From Candidatus Kapaibacterium sp. (lineage in GTDB: Bacteria; Bacteroidota; Ignavibacteria; Kapaibacteriales; UBA2268), in assembly GCA_963665665.1 (NCBI GenBank), contig OY762428.1, positions 5,056,001 through 5,120,000 on the forward strand: a stretch of 64,000 nt of DNA, written 5' to 3'. Below the pieces are notes generated by a model. That model saw nothing but the letters and a program-made list of their open reading frames with translations. It was not told where the DNA came from and did not search any database. Below are positions 40,721-49,699 of this stretch, piece after piece. Position numbers and translations under genes: made by a program. Position 1 is the stretch's first letter. Every line of letters begins with the position of its first letter.

Positions 40721-41860
40721 ATGAGAATAGCATTTTTATCGGTTTTTTATCCTTACAGGGGAGGGATTGCACAGTTTAATGCGGCTCTTTACCGGGCTCT
40801 TGAAAAGAAGCATGAAGTAAAGGCTTTTACTTTCACCCGACAATACCCCGGTTTGCTCTTTCCCGGAAAAACCCAGTATGTCAGCAAATCCGACAAAGCT
40901 GATCAAATTCCGGCAGAAAGGGTTCTTGACAGTATAAATCCATTGTCATACATATCTGCAACAAATAAGATTAAGGATTATAAACCTGATTTATTGTTGA
41001 TACAGAACTGGATGCCTTTCTTCGGGCCTTCATTAGGGCACGTGGCAAACAGGATAAGAAGGTCAGGGATACCCGTTATCAGCCTGATGGCAAATGTAAA
41101 GCCTCATGAGCCAAATTTTCTGGATAATATTTTAAGCGATATTTTCCTGAAACAGAATGACGGGTTTGTCCTGCTTGCCGAGGCAGTTAAAAACGACTTG
41201 CTTGATTTGCAGCCGAATGCAAAATATTTAATCCATCCGCACCCGAATTATGAGCATTTTGGAAAAGCTATTGAAAAATCAGTAGCAAGAAAAACCCTTA
41301 ATATCCCCTCTGGAAAAAAAGTTATTTTGTTTTTCGGCCTTATCCGGAAATACAAGGGATTGGATATTTTAATAAAAGCCATGAAAAATCTCGGGGACGA
41401 TTACTATCTTCTCGTGGCGGGCGAATGCTACGGAAAGTTCGATGAATATCAGAACCTGATTGATGAGAACCTGGAAAAGGATAATTTTGGCCTTCACCTA
41501 AGATATTTAGATGACGACGAAGTTTTTACATATTTTTCAGCGGCAGATGTATGCGTGCTGCCATACAGGACTGCAACACAAAGCGGAATCGTGGGTATAT
41601 CTTATAACTTCGGGGTGCCGGTGATATCTACTGATGTTGGAGGGCTTCGTGAAGTAATTGAACCCTTCGGTGCCGGAGTTGTTGTCGACCGGCCTGAAGA
41701 AAAACTTTTACGTGAAGCAATTTTAGAATACTTCGGTGGCGGTAAAATTGATGAATACAGAAACAATGTCAATAAATTCAGTGAAAGATATACCTGGGAC
41801 AGCCTTGCTGACGGAATTATTGAATTTGCGATTAAAATTAAAGCTAATAAGAGGATTTAA
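40721..41860 (+). CDS. Glycosyltransferase family 4
   Basis: YPYRGGIAQF, FFGLIRKYKG, LPYRTATQSG, TDVGGL. Confidence 0.92.
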   Translation: MRIAFLSVFYPYRGGIAQFNAALYRALEKKHEVKAFTFTRQYPGLLFPGKTQYVSKSDKADQIPAERVLDSINPLSYISATNKIKDYKPDLLLIQNWMPFFGPSLGHVANRIRRSGIPVISLMANVKPHEPNFLDNILSDIFLKQNDGFVLLAEAVKNDLLDLQPNAKYLIHPHPNYEHFGKAIEKSVARKTLNIPSGKKVILFFGLIRKYKGLDILIKAMKNLGDDYYLLVAGECYGKFDEYQNLIDENLEKDNFGLHLRYLDDDEVFTYFSAADVCVLPYRTATQSGIVGISYNFGVPVISTDVGGLREVIEPFGAGVVVDRPEEKLLREAILEYFGGGKIDEYRNNVNKFSERYTWDSLADGIIEFAIKIKANKRI

Positions 41861-41861
41861 A

Positions 41862-42425
41862 ATGAAATTATTAATTGGAGCTTTGTTAACATTTGGAATA
41901 GTCGTAATGGTTTCATGCTCATCATCAAAAAAATGTAGTGATTATAACAATATGTATGAATTAAATAATGATGAGTGCCTGGCTTTAAATATGGCCATTG
42001 GTCAGTCCGTAAATGGTGTTACAAACAACGAATTTTATTTACTAAATTTTGAAACAAGCATTGAATTACTTGGGGAAAATAACATAGCCGGATATTTTCA
42101 GGGTGAATTTAAACCTGATCAGGGGTTTATTAAGAAGTTTGCAGAACAGAATAATACTAAAGCAAGAATTCCGGATGATTGTTTTGGAGATAATAAATCA
42201 ATAAAATTACACAAAGAAAATTCTGCAATGCCTAAACCGGAGGAAAGCGGAGCAAAAGGAAATATATCTGTATCACGGCCGGTGATCAGCGACGATGGTA
42301 ATTTCATGCTTATTTATATATCTGTTTACAAAGGGCCTTTGGCCGGGTCAGGAAAGATATTATTTCTGGAAAAAACAATGGGTGCATGGCTAATAAAGAA
42401 TACCGGCCTGGTGTGGATGTCGTAA
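41862..42425 (+). CDS. Hypothetical lipoprotein
   Basis: MKLLIGALLTFGIVVMVS-C lipobox. ATG directly after the GT4 stop. Confidence 0.7.
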   Translation: MKLLIGALLTFGIVVMVSCSSSKKCSDYNNMYELNNDECLALNMAIGQSVNGVTNNEFYLLNFETSIELLGENNIAGYFQGEFKPDQGFIKKFAEQNNTKARIPDDCFGDNKSIKLHKENSAMPKPEESGAKGNISVSRPVISDDGNFMLIYISVYKGPLAGSGKILFLEKTMGAWLIKNTGLVWMS

Positions 42426-42515
42426 AATTATAAAATCTTGTATAAGATTTTCTTTAGCTAATATTAATGATATATTGTAGAATAAATTCAAATATAACTT
42501 GATAAATGGCAAATC

Positions 42516-43421
42516 ATGAGTAAAAAAACAAAAGGACCTGAATTCTTAAGATTTTTCCATCCACTAGTTGAAGTTTTAAAAGAATTAGGAGGATCCGGAA
42601 ATTCCTCAGAAGTGACTGATTTAGTTGTTGAACGAATGAATATTTCTGAATATGATTTGGAACAAAAACTTAAGAGTGGAGCTTCCAGAATAAAAAATCA
42701 AATTGCTTGGGCACGGAACTATCTGGTTAGAGCAGGAGTCATGGATGATACCTCAAAAAGGGGTTTATGGAGTTTGACGGAAGAAGGATTTAAACGAGAG
42801 ATATCGAAAGAAGAATCATTAAGAATTTTCAAAAAAGTTCAATCTAAATATTCTAACAATGATACGGAAAAACGAAGCCCAACCAACGAAATTATTCATG
42901 AAGTATCCAAAAATGATTCAAATGATATCGAAGATGATATTGAGACATCTGTATCATCAGATAATGATCATTCTAATAAACTTTTAAATATTTTACAAAA
43001 TATTCCACCAGAAGGATTTGAAAGATTATGCCAAAGACTGCTAAGAGAATCCGGTTTTAAAAAAGTTGTAGTAACTGGTAAATCTGGTGATGGAGGAATA
43101 GATGGCGAAGGAATTTTGGAAATAAATCCGTTAATGAGTTTTAAAGTTTTGTTTCAGGCTAAAAGATACCAAGGTACTGTAGGTTCACCAATTATTCGAG
43201 ATTTTAGAGGAGCTATGCAGGGTAGAGCTGATAAAGGGATAATAATAACTACTGGAAGATTCTCTGTTGAAGCAAAAAAAGAATCAATACGAGATGGAGC
43301 TCCACCGATTGAACTTGTTGATGGAGATTTGCTAGTTAAGTTATTTGAAGAAAATCAATTAGGACTGAAACCAAAGATTATCTATGAAATTGATAACAAG
43401 TTTTTTGATGAATTTAGATGA
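42516..43421 (+). CDS. mrr: Mrr-family (type IV) restriction endonuclease
   Basis: Mrr_N NQIAWARNYL...RGLWSLT; catalytic GDGGIDG...QAKRY, ITTGRFS, IELVDG. Confidence 0.9.
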   Translation: MSKKTKGPEFLRFFHPLVEVLKELGGSGNSSEVTDLVVERMNISEYDLEQKLKSGASRIKNQIAWARNYLVRAGVMDDTSKRGLWSLTEEGFKREISKEESLRIFKKVQSKYSNNDTEKRSPTNEIIHEVSKNDSNDIEDDIETSVSSDNDHSNKLLNILQNIPPEGFERLCQRLLRESGFKKVVVTGKSGDGGIDGEGILEINPLMSFKVLFQAKRYQGTVGSPIIRDFRGAMQGRADKGIIITTGRFSVEAKKESIRDGAPPIELVDGDLLVKLFEENQLGLKPKIIYEIDNKFFDEFR

Positions 43422-43661
43422 TATATATCACATTTCAACTCAATATTTATCAATAGAATTTTGTTCAAAGAAATTTGGTTAAACTTATATACAAATCAAT
43501 GTGACTTTTTTTTTCTTAGATTGAATTCTCATGTTATTCATAAATTTTCACTTTCTTGTGAATATTTTTATGAAATAATTGCCAAATATATTAATTTTGG
43601 TTCTTGGAAAGCGAAACAATCGCGAAGAGTTAGGATTAATATAATTTTTTTGGAGTAAATT

Positions 43662-44741
43662 ATGGCAAGAGCACACAATTTTAGCGCTGGACCGGCAGTT
43701 CTTCCGGTTGACGTTCTGAAAGAAACTGCTGATGCAGTTCTTGATTACAACGGGCTTGGCATGTCTATCATGGAAATGAGCCATCGTTCAAAAGAGTATG
43801 ATGATGTTTTTACCGAAGCACAGGCTGATGTTCTTAAATTGATGAATCTTCCGGCAGACGAATATTCCGTCCTTTTCCTTGGTGGCGGAGCCAGTACTCA
43901 GTTCCTTATGATACCGATGAACTTCCTGCATACAAGTGCAGACTATGTAAACACCGGTGCATGGTCAAAGAAAGCTATAAAAGAAGCAAACTGGGTTGGA
44001 AAAGCAAACGTTGTTGCCAGCTCTGAAGATAAAACTTACAACTATATCCCGAAAGAGCTGAACTGGGATAACAACGCTGACTATGCTCATATTACAACTA
44101 ACAACACAATTTACGGTACACGCTGGAATAAGATTCCTGAAGTAAACGTTCCTCTTGTTGCTGATATGTCTTCGGATATTTTCTCACGTCCGCTTGATTT
44201 CTCAAAATTCAACCTTATCTATGCAGGCGCTCAGAAAAATATCGGACCGGCAGGTGCTACTCTCGTTGTTATTAAAAATTCATGGCTTGAAGAAAAAGGC
44301 AAAGATGCCCCGACTATGCTGAACTTTAAAACTCATACAGCAAAAGGTTCTATGTTCAATACGCCTCCGACTCTTCCAGTATTTGTTGTTGGCCGTACAA
44401 TGAAATGGATTATGAACCAGGGCGGCCTGGCTGCTCTCGAAGAAATCAATAACAAAAAAGCTAACATGCTTTATGATTTCATCGATGCCAACCTTGACTT
44501 CTACAAAGGAACAGTGCCGGATAAATCAGACCGTTCCATTATGAACATTACATGGAACCTGAACACACCTGAACTGGAAGCAAAATTCATTGCAGAAGCC
44601 AGGGACAAATACAACATGACTAACCTTAAAGGCCACCGCTCTGTAGGCGGCGTTCGCGCATCCATCTATAATGCATGCACAATGAACTCAGTTGAAACAC
44701 TCGTTAAGTTTATGGAAGAATTCATGGCTGCAAACAAGTAA
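43662..44741 (+). CDS. serC: Phosphoserine aminotransferase
   Basis: NFSAGPA, EMSHRS, ADMSS, YAGAQKN, KGHRSVGG. Confidence 0.96.
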   Translation: MARAHNFSAGPAVLPVDVLKETADAVLDYNGLGMSIMEMSHRSKEYDDVFTEAQADVLKLMNLPADEYSVLFLGGGASTQFLMIPMNFLHTSADYVNTGAWSKKAIKEANWVGKANVVASSEDKTYNYIPKELNWDNNADYAHITTNNTIYGTRWNKIPEVNVPLVADMSSDIFSRPLDFSKFNLIYAGAQKNIGPAGATLVVIKNSWLEEKGKDAPTMLNFKTHTAKGSMFNTPPTLPVFVVGRTMKWIMNQGGLAALEEINNKKANMLYDFIDANLDFYKGTVPDKSDRSIMNITWNLNTPELEAKFIAEARDKYNMTNLKGHRSVGGVRASIYNACTMNSVETLVKFMEEFMAANK

Positions 44742-44771
44742 GAAACTGACAAATAATATTTTATTTTGAAT

Positions 44772-44810
44772 GCTGTCCGATACCCTGCCGGTGTCGGATA
44801 GCTTGTTTTT
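44772..44810 (+). terminator. Terminator after serC
   Basis: GCTGTCCGA...TCGGATAGC then a T-tract. Confidence 0.6.
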
Positions 44811-45163
44811 GTATAGCATGGCAGCGTAAGTTATTTCAATAACCAATTAAGTTGAATATATTCCCGGTTTTGAGGTTAGAAAATAATTAATAGAAACGCC
44901 AACCAAATATGATCCCTCATTAGCTGTATTCATGGCAGGTATGCAAGATTCTGTGTAACAACAGGTCAGTAATTTTTTAATTTTATTCTGTTCCACTTTT
45001 TTTTCTGAAAACTGAAATACTATGCTTTTAGGAACGTTTTTTGCTTAAGTTGTTGATTTAATATCATAGGTAGGATTATACTTATAACTCTAAAATGATA
45101 ATTAAAGTCAGAACTGAAAGTGATTTATCAACGTATTAAATAGAAAGTACTAACTGAAGGATT

Positions 45164-45892
45164 GTGATGGCAACAATATTAATAACCGGATCGGGAAAGA
45201 GAATAGGCAGGTCGCTTGCAATTGAATTTGCCACCAAAGGCTATGATATAATTGTGCATTACAATAATTCCAAAGATAAAGCAGATGAAACATGCCATGA
45301 AATTTCTTCAATTGGAAGAAAAGTATATTCGATGAAAGCTGACCTTGGCAATCCGCATGATATCGAGTCTATGTTTCACAAAATTAAACAATTAAGCATG
45401 GTTCCGGATATTCTTGTAAATAATGCAGGTGTTTTTCCCGGAAGAAAGAAAATAAGCGATATGGGTGTAGTGGAGTGGGACGAAGTGCTAAATGTTAACC
45501 TTAGATCGCAATTCCTTTGTTCAAAAGATTTTATAAGTCTTAATCCGGCAGGGGGCAGAATAATTAATATTGCTTCTCTCGGAGCTTTGGAAGTATGGAA
45601 AGAAAGAACTCCATATAATGTATCCAAAGCCGGCGTTGTTCAGCTGACTAAATCAATGGCAAGAGACCTTGCACCTGAATTTTCAGTTAACTGTGTGTGC
45701 CCCGGTGCTATTAGTATTCCCGGTGAACAAGGTCCCGGAGATGGCAATATGGCGAGGCTGAATAAGATACCAATGGGGCGATACGGGCTTCCGAAAGATG
45801 TTTTTGATGCAGTCTATTTCTTCGCCACAGCTTCTAAATACATAACAGGACAAACCCTGACAGTTGACGGAGCGTATCATTTGTGCAGATGA
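45164..45892 (+). CDS. SDR oxidoreductase (pteridine reductase/FolM-like)
   Basis: TGSGKRIG, HYNNS, VNNAG, YNVSK. Confidence 0.88.
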   Translation: MMATILITGSGKRIGRSLAIEFATKGYDIIVHYNNSKDKADETCHEISSIGRKVYSMKADLGNPHDIESMFHKIKQLSMVPDILVNNAGVFPGRKKISDMGVVEWDEVLNVNLRSQFLCSKDFISLNPAGGRIINIASLGALEVWKERTPYNVSKAGVVQLTKSMARDLAPEFSVNCVCPGAISIPGEQGPGDGNMARLNKIPMGRYGLPKDVFDAVYFFATASKYITGQTLTVDGAYHLCR

Positions 45893-45922
45893 TTTTTTTA
45901 ATTATTAAATATAGGTAAGAAA

Positions 45923-46783
45923 ATGGAAAACGAATTTGAAATTCCTGAAGTAAAAATTCAAAAAGCTGCCAAGGCATATAATAATATTGAGTTCCTTCAC
46001 AGCAGCGAGGGAAGGGTTGTCCGAATGCTTTCAGAATATTTATATCCGGGACAGCAGTTCGGAAAATTCGGGATAAAAAACCTGATAATTTTTTTCGGTT
46101 CGGCAAGAACCAAACCAATTGCAGAATGGAATAGAATAGAAAAGGAACTGGAAGCAAAAATTAAAACAGCCAGCGACGGCAGGAAGCAGCAATTTGAAGA
46201 AAAACTGGATATTCACAGGAAAAGAAAATATCTGTCCGAGTGCTATGAAGATTCGGTAAAATTGGCCGAAATGCTTACAAAATGGTCTTTGGACCTTCCA
46301 TATAAAAAGCAGTTCCATATCGGTACAGGGGGAGGCCCGGGTATGATGGAAGCCGCCAACAAAGGAGCACAAAATGCCGGTGGAAAATCGGTAGGGTTGA
46401 ACATCAGCCTTCCATTCGAGCAGTTCCCGAATCAATTTATTTCTCCTGAATTGAATTTTGAATTTCACTATTTCTTTATGAGGAAATTCTGGTTTGTATA
46501 TCTCGGCAGGGCAATAGTTGTTTTTCCGGGCGGATTTGGCACTATGGATGAATTGTTCGAGCTTTTAACTCTGATTCAAACTCATAAATTAAGCCATAGA
46601 AAACCAATTGTCCTGTACAATAGTAACTTCTGGAAAAAGCTGATCAACTTCGATCATTTCGTGGAAATGGGTGTAATAAACAAGGCTGATCTTGAGCTAT
46701 TCAAGTTTGCTGATACACCTGAAACAGCTTTTAATTATATTACCGGCGAGCTTGAAAAATTATATAATCTTGAATTAGTATAA
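45923..46783 (+). CDS. LOG-family nucleotide monophosphate nucleosidase
   Basis: FFGSAR, TGGGPGMMEAAN, YFFMRK, PGGFGTMDE. Confidence 0.9.
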   Translation: MENEFEIPEVKIQKAAKAYNNIEFLHSSEGRVVRMLSEYLYPGQQFGKFGIKNLIIFFGSARTKPIAEWNRIEKELEAKIKTASDGRKQQFEEKLDIHRKRKYLSECYEDSVKLAEMLTKWSLDLPYKKQFHIGTGGGPGMMEAANKGAQNAGGKSVGLNISLPFEQFPNQFISPELNFEFHYFFMRKFWFVYLGRAIVVFPGGFGTMDELFELLTLIQTHKLSHRKPIVLYNSNFWKKLINFDHFVEMGVINKADLELFKFADTPETAFNYITGELEKLYNLELV

Positions 46784-47004
46784 GTACTATCATTTTCAAA
46801 TCATTATATTTGTATTATAATAAAAAGAAAAGCCAAATATCAGGCTAAATTATTGAAAATAATACCAATAATGGAAATATTGAAATAGTACTGAAAATAA
46901 TTTCATAAACAATTGTATTTTTTTTTATAATATATTGAAAAATAAGTAATTAATAAAATATTTCATTATACTGAAAGTATTATCAGTAAAAGAGAGGGGA
47001 TATT

Positions 47005-48945
47005 ATGACGTTATTATCAAGAACTCTGGGCATGTTGTTTTTTCTGATTTTTTCCGGAACAACGATTGCCGGTGAATTAGATATCAGCCCGGAGAAACCA
47101 ACAGCCGGAAGCAGATTAAATTTTATCTACAAGGCTGATGAGCTTTTGAAATCTAATCCGGAAATCAATCTGTTTGCATACGTGTATATTTCTAATAACC
47201 CGGAAGCAAAAGCATACCAGATTAGCCTTAGTAAAACTTCAGGCGACAATTATTCCGGTACTTTTGTATTACCTGAAAAATCTGTTTTCCTACTTTTCAA
47301 AATTGACGGCAGGGATGAGTACTTTGACGTTGGGGATAACAATAAAGGCCGTATGTGGGATTTAATTGTTTACGATTCCAAATCCACTCCTGTTGAAGAA
47401 GCTCATCTGAGGTGTGCGCAATCATATCTGGGTGCTGTTCCGGAAAATATGAAAAGGCTGATAGATTATACAGGTGCATTGCAAAAACTCAGGGAAGAAG
47501 TAACGCTTTATCCTGATAATGAGCTTGCAAAGATCGCTCGGGCGTCATTGATGTACGACCTGAGAAAACTAACATACGATGATTTTGAGAAAACAGTTAC
47601 CAATCTTGCCGATAGTGATTTTGATAAATCAGACAAAGAACTTCTGCAGGCATTGATCAGAGGGCTTAGAACCATCAATAAGGAAAGTAAAGCTGAAGAC
47701 CTTCAGGAAGATTATTCGAAAAAATTTGAAAAAGAAAAATTAAAAGCTGTAATAGATTACGAGAACGTAACAAAAGCAGGTTCCCGAATTGAATTCAACG
47801 AAAAAGCTGTTCAATTTTTGAAAGAACATGAAAAATCGGAATACAGGAAAAAGGTTTTTGATGCGTGGGCTGGCATTTATCTCAAATCCGGTGAATTGAA
47901 AGAACTTGTTCTGGAACTTGACAAAATTGGAAATATTAAACCGGAGTTATATGCTGACCTGGCTGTAAAAATTGTCAGTTCAGAAGATATTCCGGATAAT
48001 ATGTCGGTGGTGGAAAAAGTTCAGGAAGCTAAAAGTATTTATAATTTTAAGATAAAGCATATACTTGATGATGACAATTATTTTGAAAATGAAAAAACCA
48101 AGCCTTCCTACCTGACAAATTCCGAGTGGGCTGCTGACAGGCTGGTAGCAAGAGCAAATCTTGCTGTTATGTCTGCTAAGATTTTCGAGAAGGCGGAAAT
48201 GCCAAAAGCCAACCTGGAACTTCTTGAAAAAGCAAAAAACTGGCTTGGATTTCGTGCCGGAACTTCCTTCTACGAAACACTGATAGAGGCCTGCCTTATG
48301 GCTGATAATGACCGGAAAGCTTATGACTACTCTGTGGAAGCCATAGAAAATTCAGCTGATTCTCCGAGGATAAGCGAAGTATTTCAGAGGGGTTTTAAAA
48401 GATACGTTAAGGGAAGTGATGATGATATGAATGACTACCTTGCTAAACTTGGTGAAAAAGCATATAATAAACGACTCGATGAAACAATGTCCGAAATGAT
48501 CGAAATTAAAGATATTAACGGTATTTTTATAACACCTGACGGCAGAATGCTTGATTTCGATGATTTGAAAGGCAGATATACCGTAATAACTTTCTGGGCA
48601 ACCTGGTGCGAACCCTGCGACCTTATCTTTCCATCGTTGGAAAACCTGTTTTCCAGATATGAAAATAATCCTGATATTGCTATTATCGGCATTGATATCT
48701 GGGAGAAATCTGATGACAGGGCAGAACTGATTTTCAATCACTTAGAAAAAAATCCTTATAAAATTCCTTTATTTTACGATCAGTTCGATTATCTTCCTAC
48801 AAAGCTTGGTATCAGCGGGCTCCCGACAACTGTTATTCTTGACGAAAATGCAGATGTACGGTTTATTATTAATGGTTTTACAAACGAAATCGATTTTGTT
48901 ACTAAAGTTGAAGACAGATTGCGAATATTAAGTAACGAGAAGTAA
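47005..48945 (+). CDS. TlpA-type thiol-disulfide oxidoreductase with large N-terminal helical region
   Basis: Signal peptide; C-terminal FWATWCEPC...GLPTT thioredoxin fold. Confidence 0.82.
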   Translation: MTLLSRTLGMLFFLIFSGTTIAGELDISPEKPTAGSRLNFIYKADELLKSNPEINLFAYVYISNNPEAKAYQISLSKTSGDNYSGTFVLPEKSVFLLFKIDGRDEYFDVGDNNKGRMWDLIVYDSKSTPVEEAHLRCAQSYLGAVPENMKRLIDYTGALQKLREEVTLYPDNELAKIARASLMYDLRKLTYDDFEKTVTNLADSDFDKSDKELLQALIRGLRTINKESKAEDLQEDYSKKFEKEKLKAVIDYENVTKAGSRIEFNEKAVQFLKEHEKSEYRKKVFDAWAGIYLKSGELKELVLELDKIGNIKPELYADLAVKIVSSEDIPDNMSVVEKVQEAKSIYNFKIKHILDDDNYFENEKTKPSYLTNSEWAADRLVARANLAVMSAKIFEKAEMPKANLELLEKAKNWLGFRAGTSFYETLIEACLMADNDRKAYDYSVEAIENSADSPRISEVFQRGFKRYVKGSDDDMNDYLAKLGEKAYNKRLDETMSEMIEIKDINGIFITPDGRMLDFDDLKGRYTVITFWATWCEPCDLIFPSLENLFSRYENNPDIAIIGIDIWEKSDDRAELIFNHLEKNPYKIPLFYDQFDYLPTKLGISGLPTTVILDENADVRFIINGFTNEIDFVTKVEDRLRILSNEK

Positions 48946-48949
48946 ATAA

Positions 48950-49555
48950 ATGACAAATAATGATATTGTCCGTTGCGACTGGGCCGGGAACAACCCTGTG
49001 ATGATAAATTATCACGACAATGAATGGGGCGAGCCGGTTTATGACGACAGGAAATTATTTGAATTCCTGATGCTCGATGCATTTCAGGCAGGCCTTAGCT
49101 GGGCAATTATCTTGAACAAAAGGGAAAATTTCCGTAAAGCATTTGATAATTTCGACCCTGAAAAGATAGTTAAATACGATGATAATAAAATTGCGGAATT
49201 AATTGAAAATAAAGGTATAATAAGAAACAAACTGAAAATCAGTTCTATGATTACAAACTCCCGTTCCTATTTGGATATTATGGATCAGAACGGTAGTTTT
49301 AGTGATTTCCTGTGGCAGTTTACTGAAGGCAGAATAATTGCAGGGAAATACAATTGCTGGAAGGAAATTCCTGCTACAAGCAAAGAATCTGATGATATGA
49401 GCAAAGCTTTGAAAAAAGCTGGTTTTAAATTTGTCGGTTCAACTATTTGCTATGCTTTCATGCAGGCTGTCGGGATGGTAAACGATCATACTATGCAATG
49501 CTTCAGGTACGAACAACTTATTGAAGAAAACAAGGAAAAAGTAATATTCCGCTAA
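48950..49555 (+). CDS. tag: DNA-3-methyladenine glycosylase I
   Basis: RCDW, YHDNEWG, FQAGLSW, GFKFVGSTICYAFMQAVGMVNDH. Confidence 0.95.
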   Translation: MTNNDIVRCDWAGNNPVMINYHDNEWGEPVYDDRKLFEFLMLDAFQAGLSWAIILNKRENFRKAFDNFDPEKIVKYDDNKIAELIENKGIIRNKLKISSMITNSRSYLDIMDQNGSFSDFLWQFTEGRIIAGKYNCWKEIPATSKESDDMSKALKKAGFKFVGSTICYAFMQAVGMVNDHTMQCFRYEQLIEENKEKVIFR

Positions 49556-49577
49556 ATTTTATGTAACTATTTCAATT

Positions 49578-49617
49578 AACAGCGTGTTTCATTATTGGGA
49601 ACACGCTGTTTCCTTTT
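49578..49617 (+). terminator. Terminator after tag
   Basis: AACAGCGTGTT...AACACGCTGTT then a T-rich tract. Confidence 0.65.
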
Positions 49618-49699
49618 TGTAATTATTTATTGTTGAAGTTTTTGATCTAATTTGTTTCTTAAGGATAAAAAATTTCGTAAATTTATATGATATAGAAAA

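Noticed and set aside
41736-41861. Long N-terminal extension of the lipoprotein ORF
   Set aside because: It overlaps the GT4 gene; the lipoprotein signal begins at ATG 41862.
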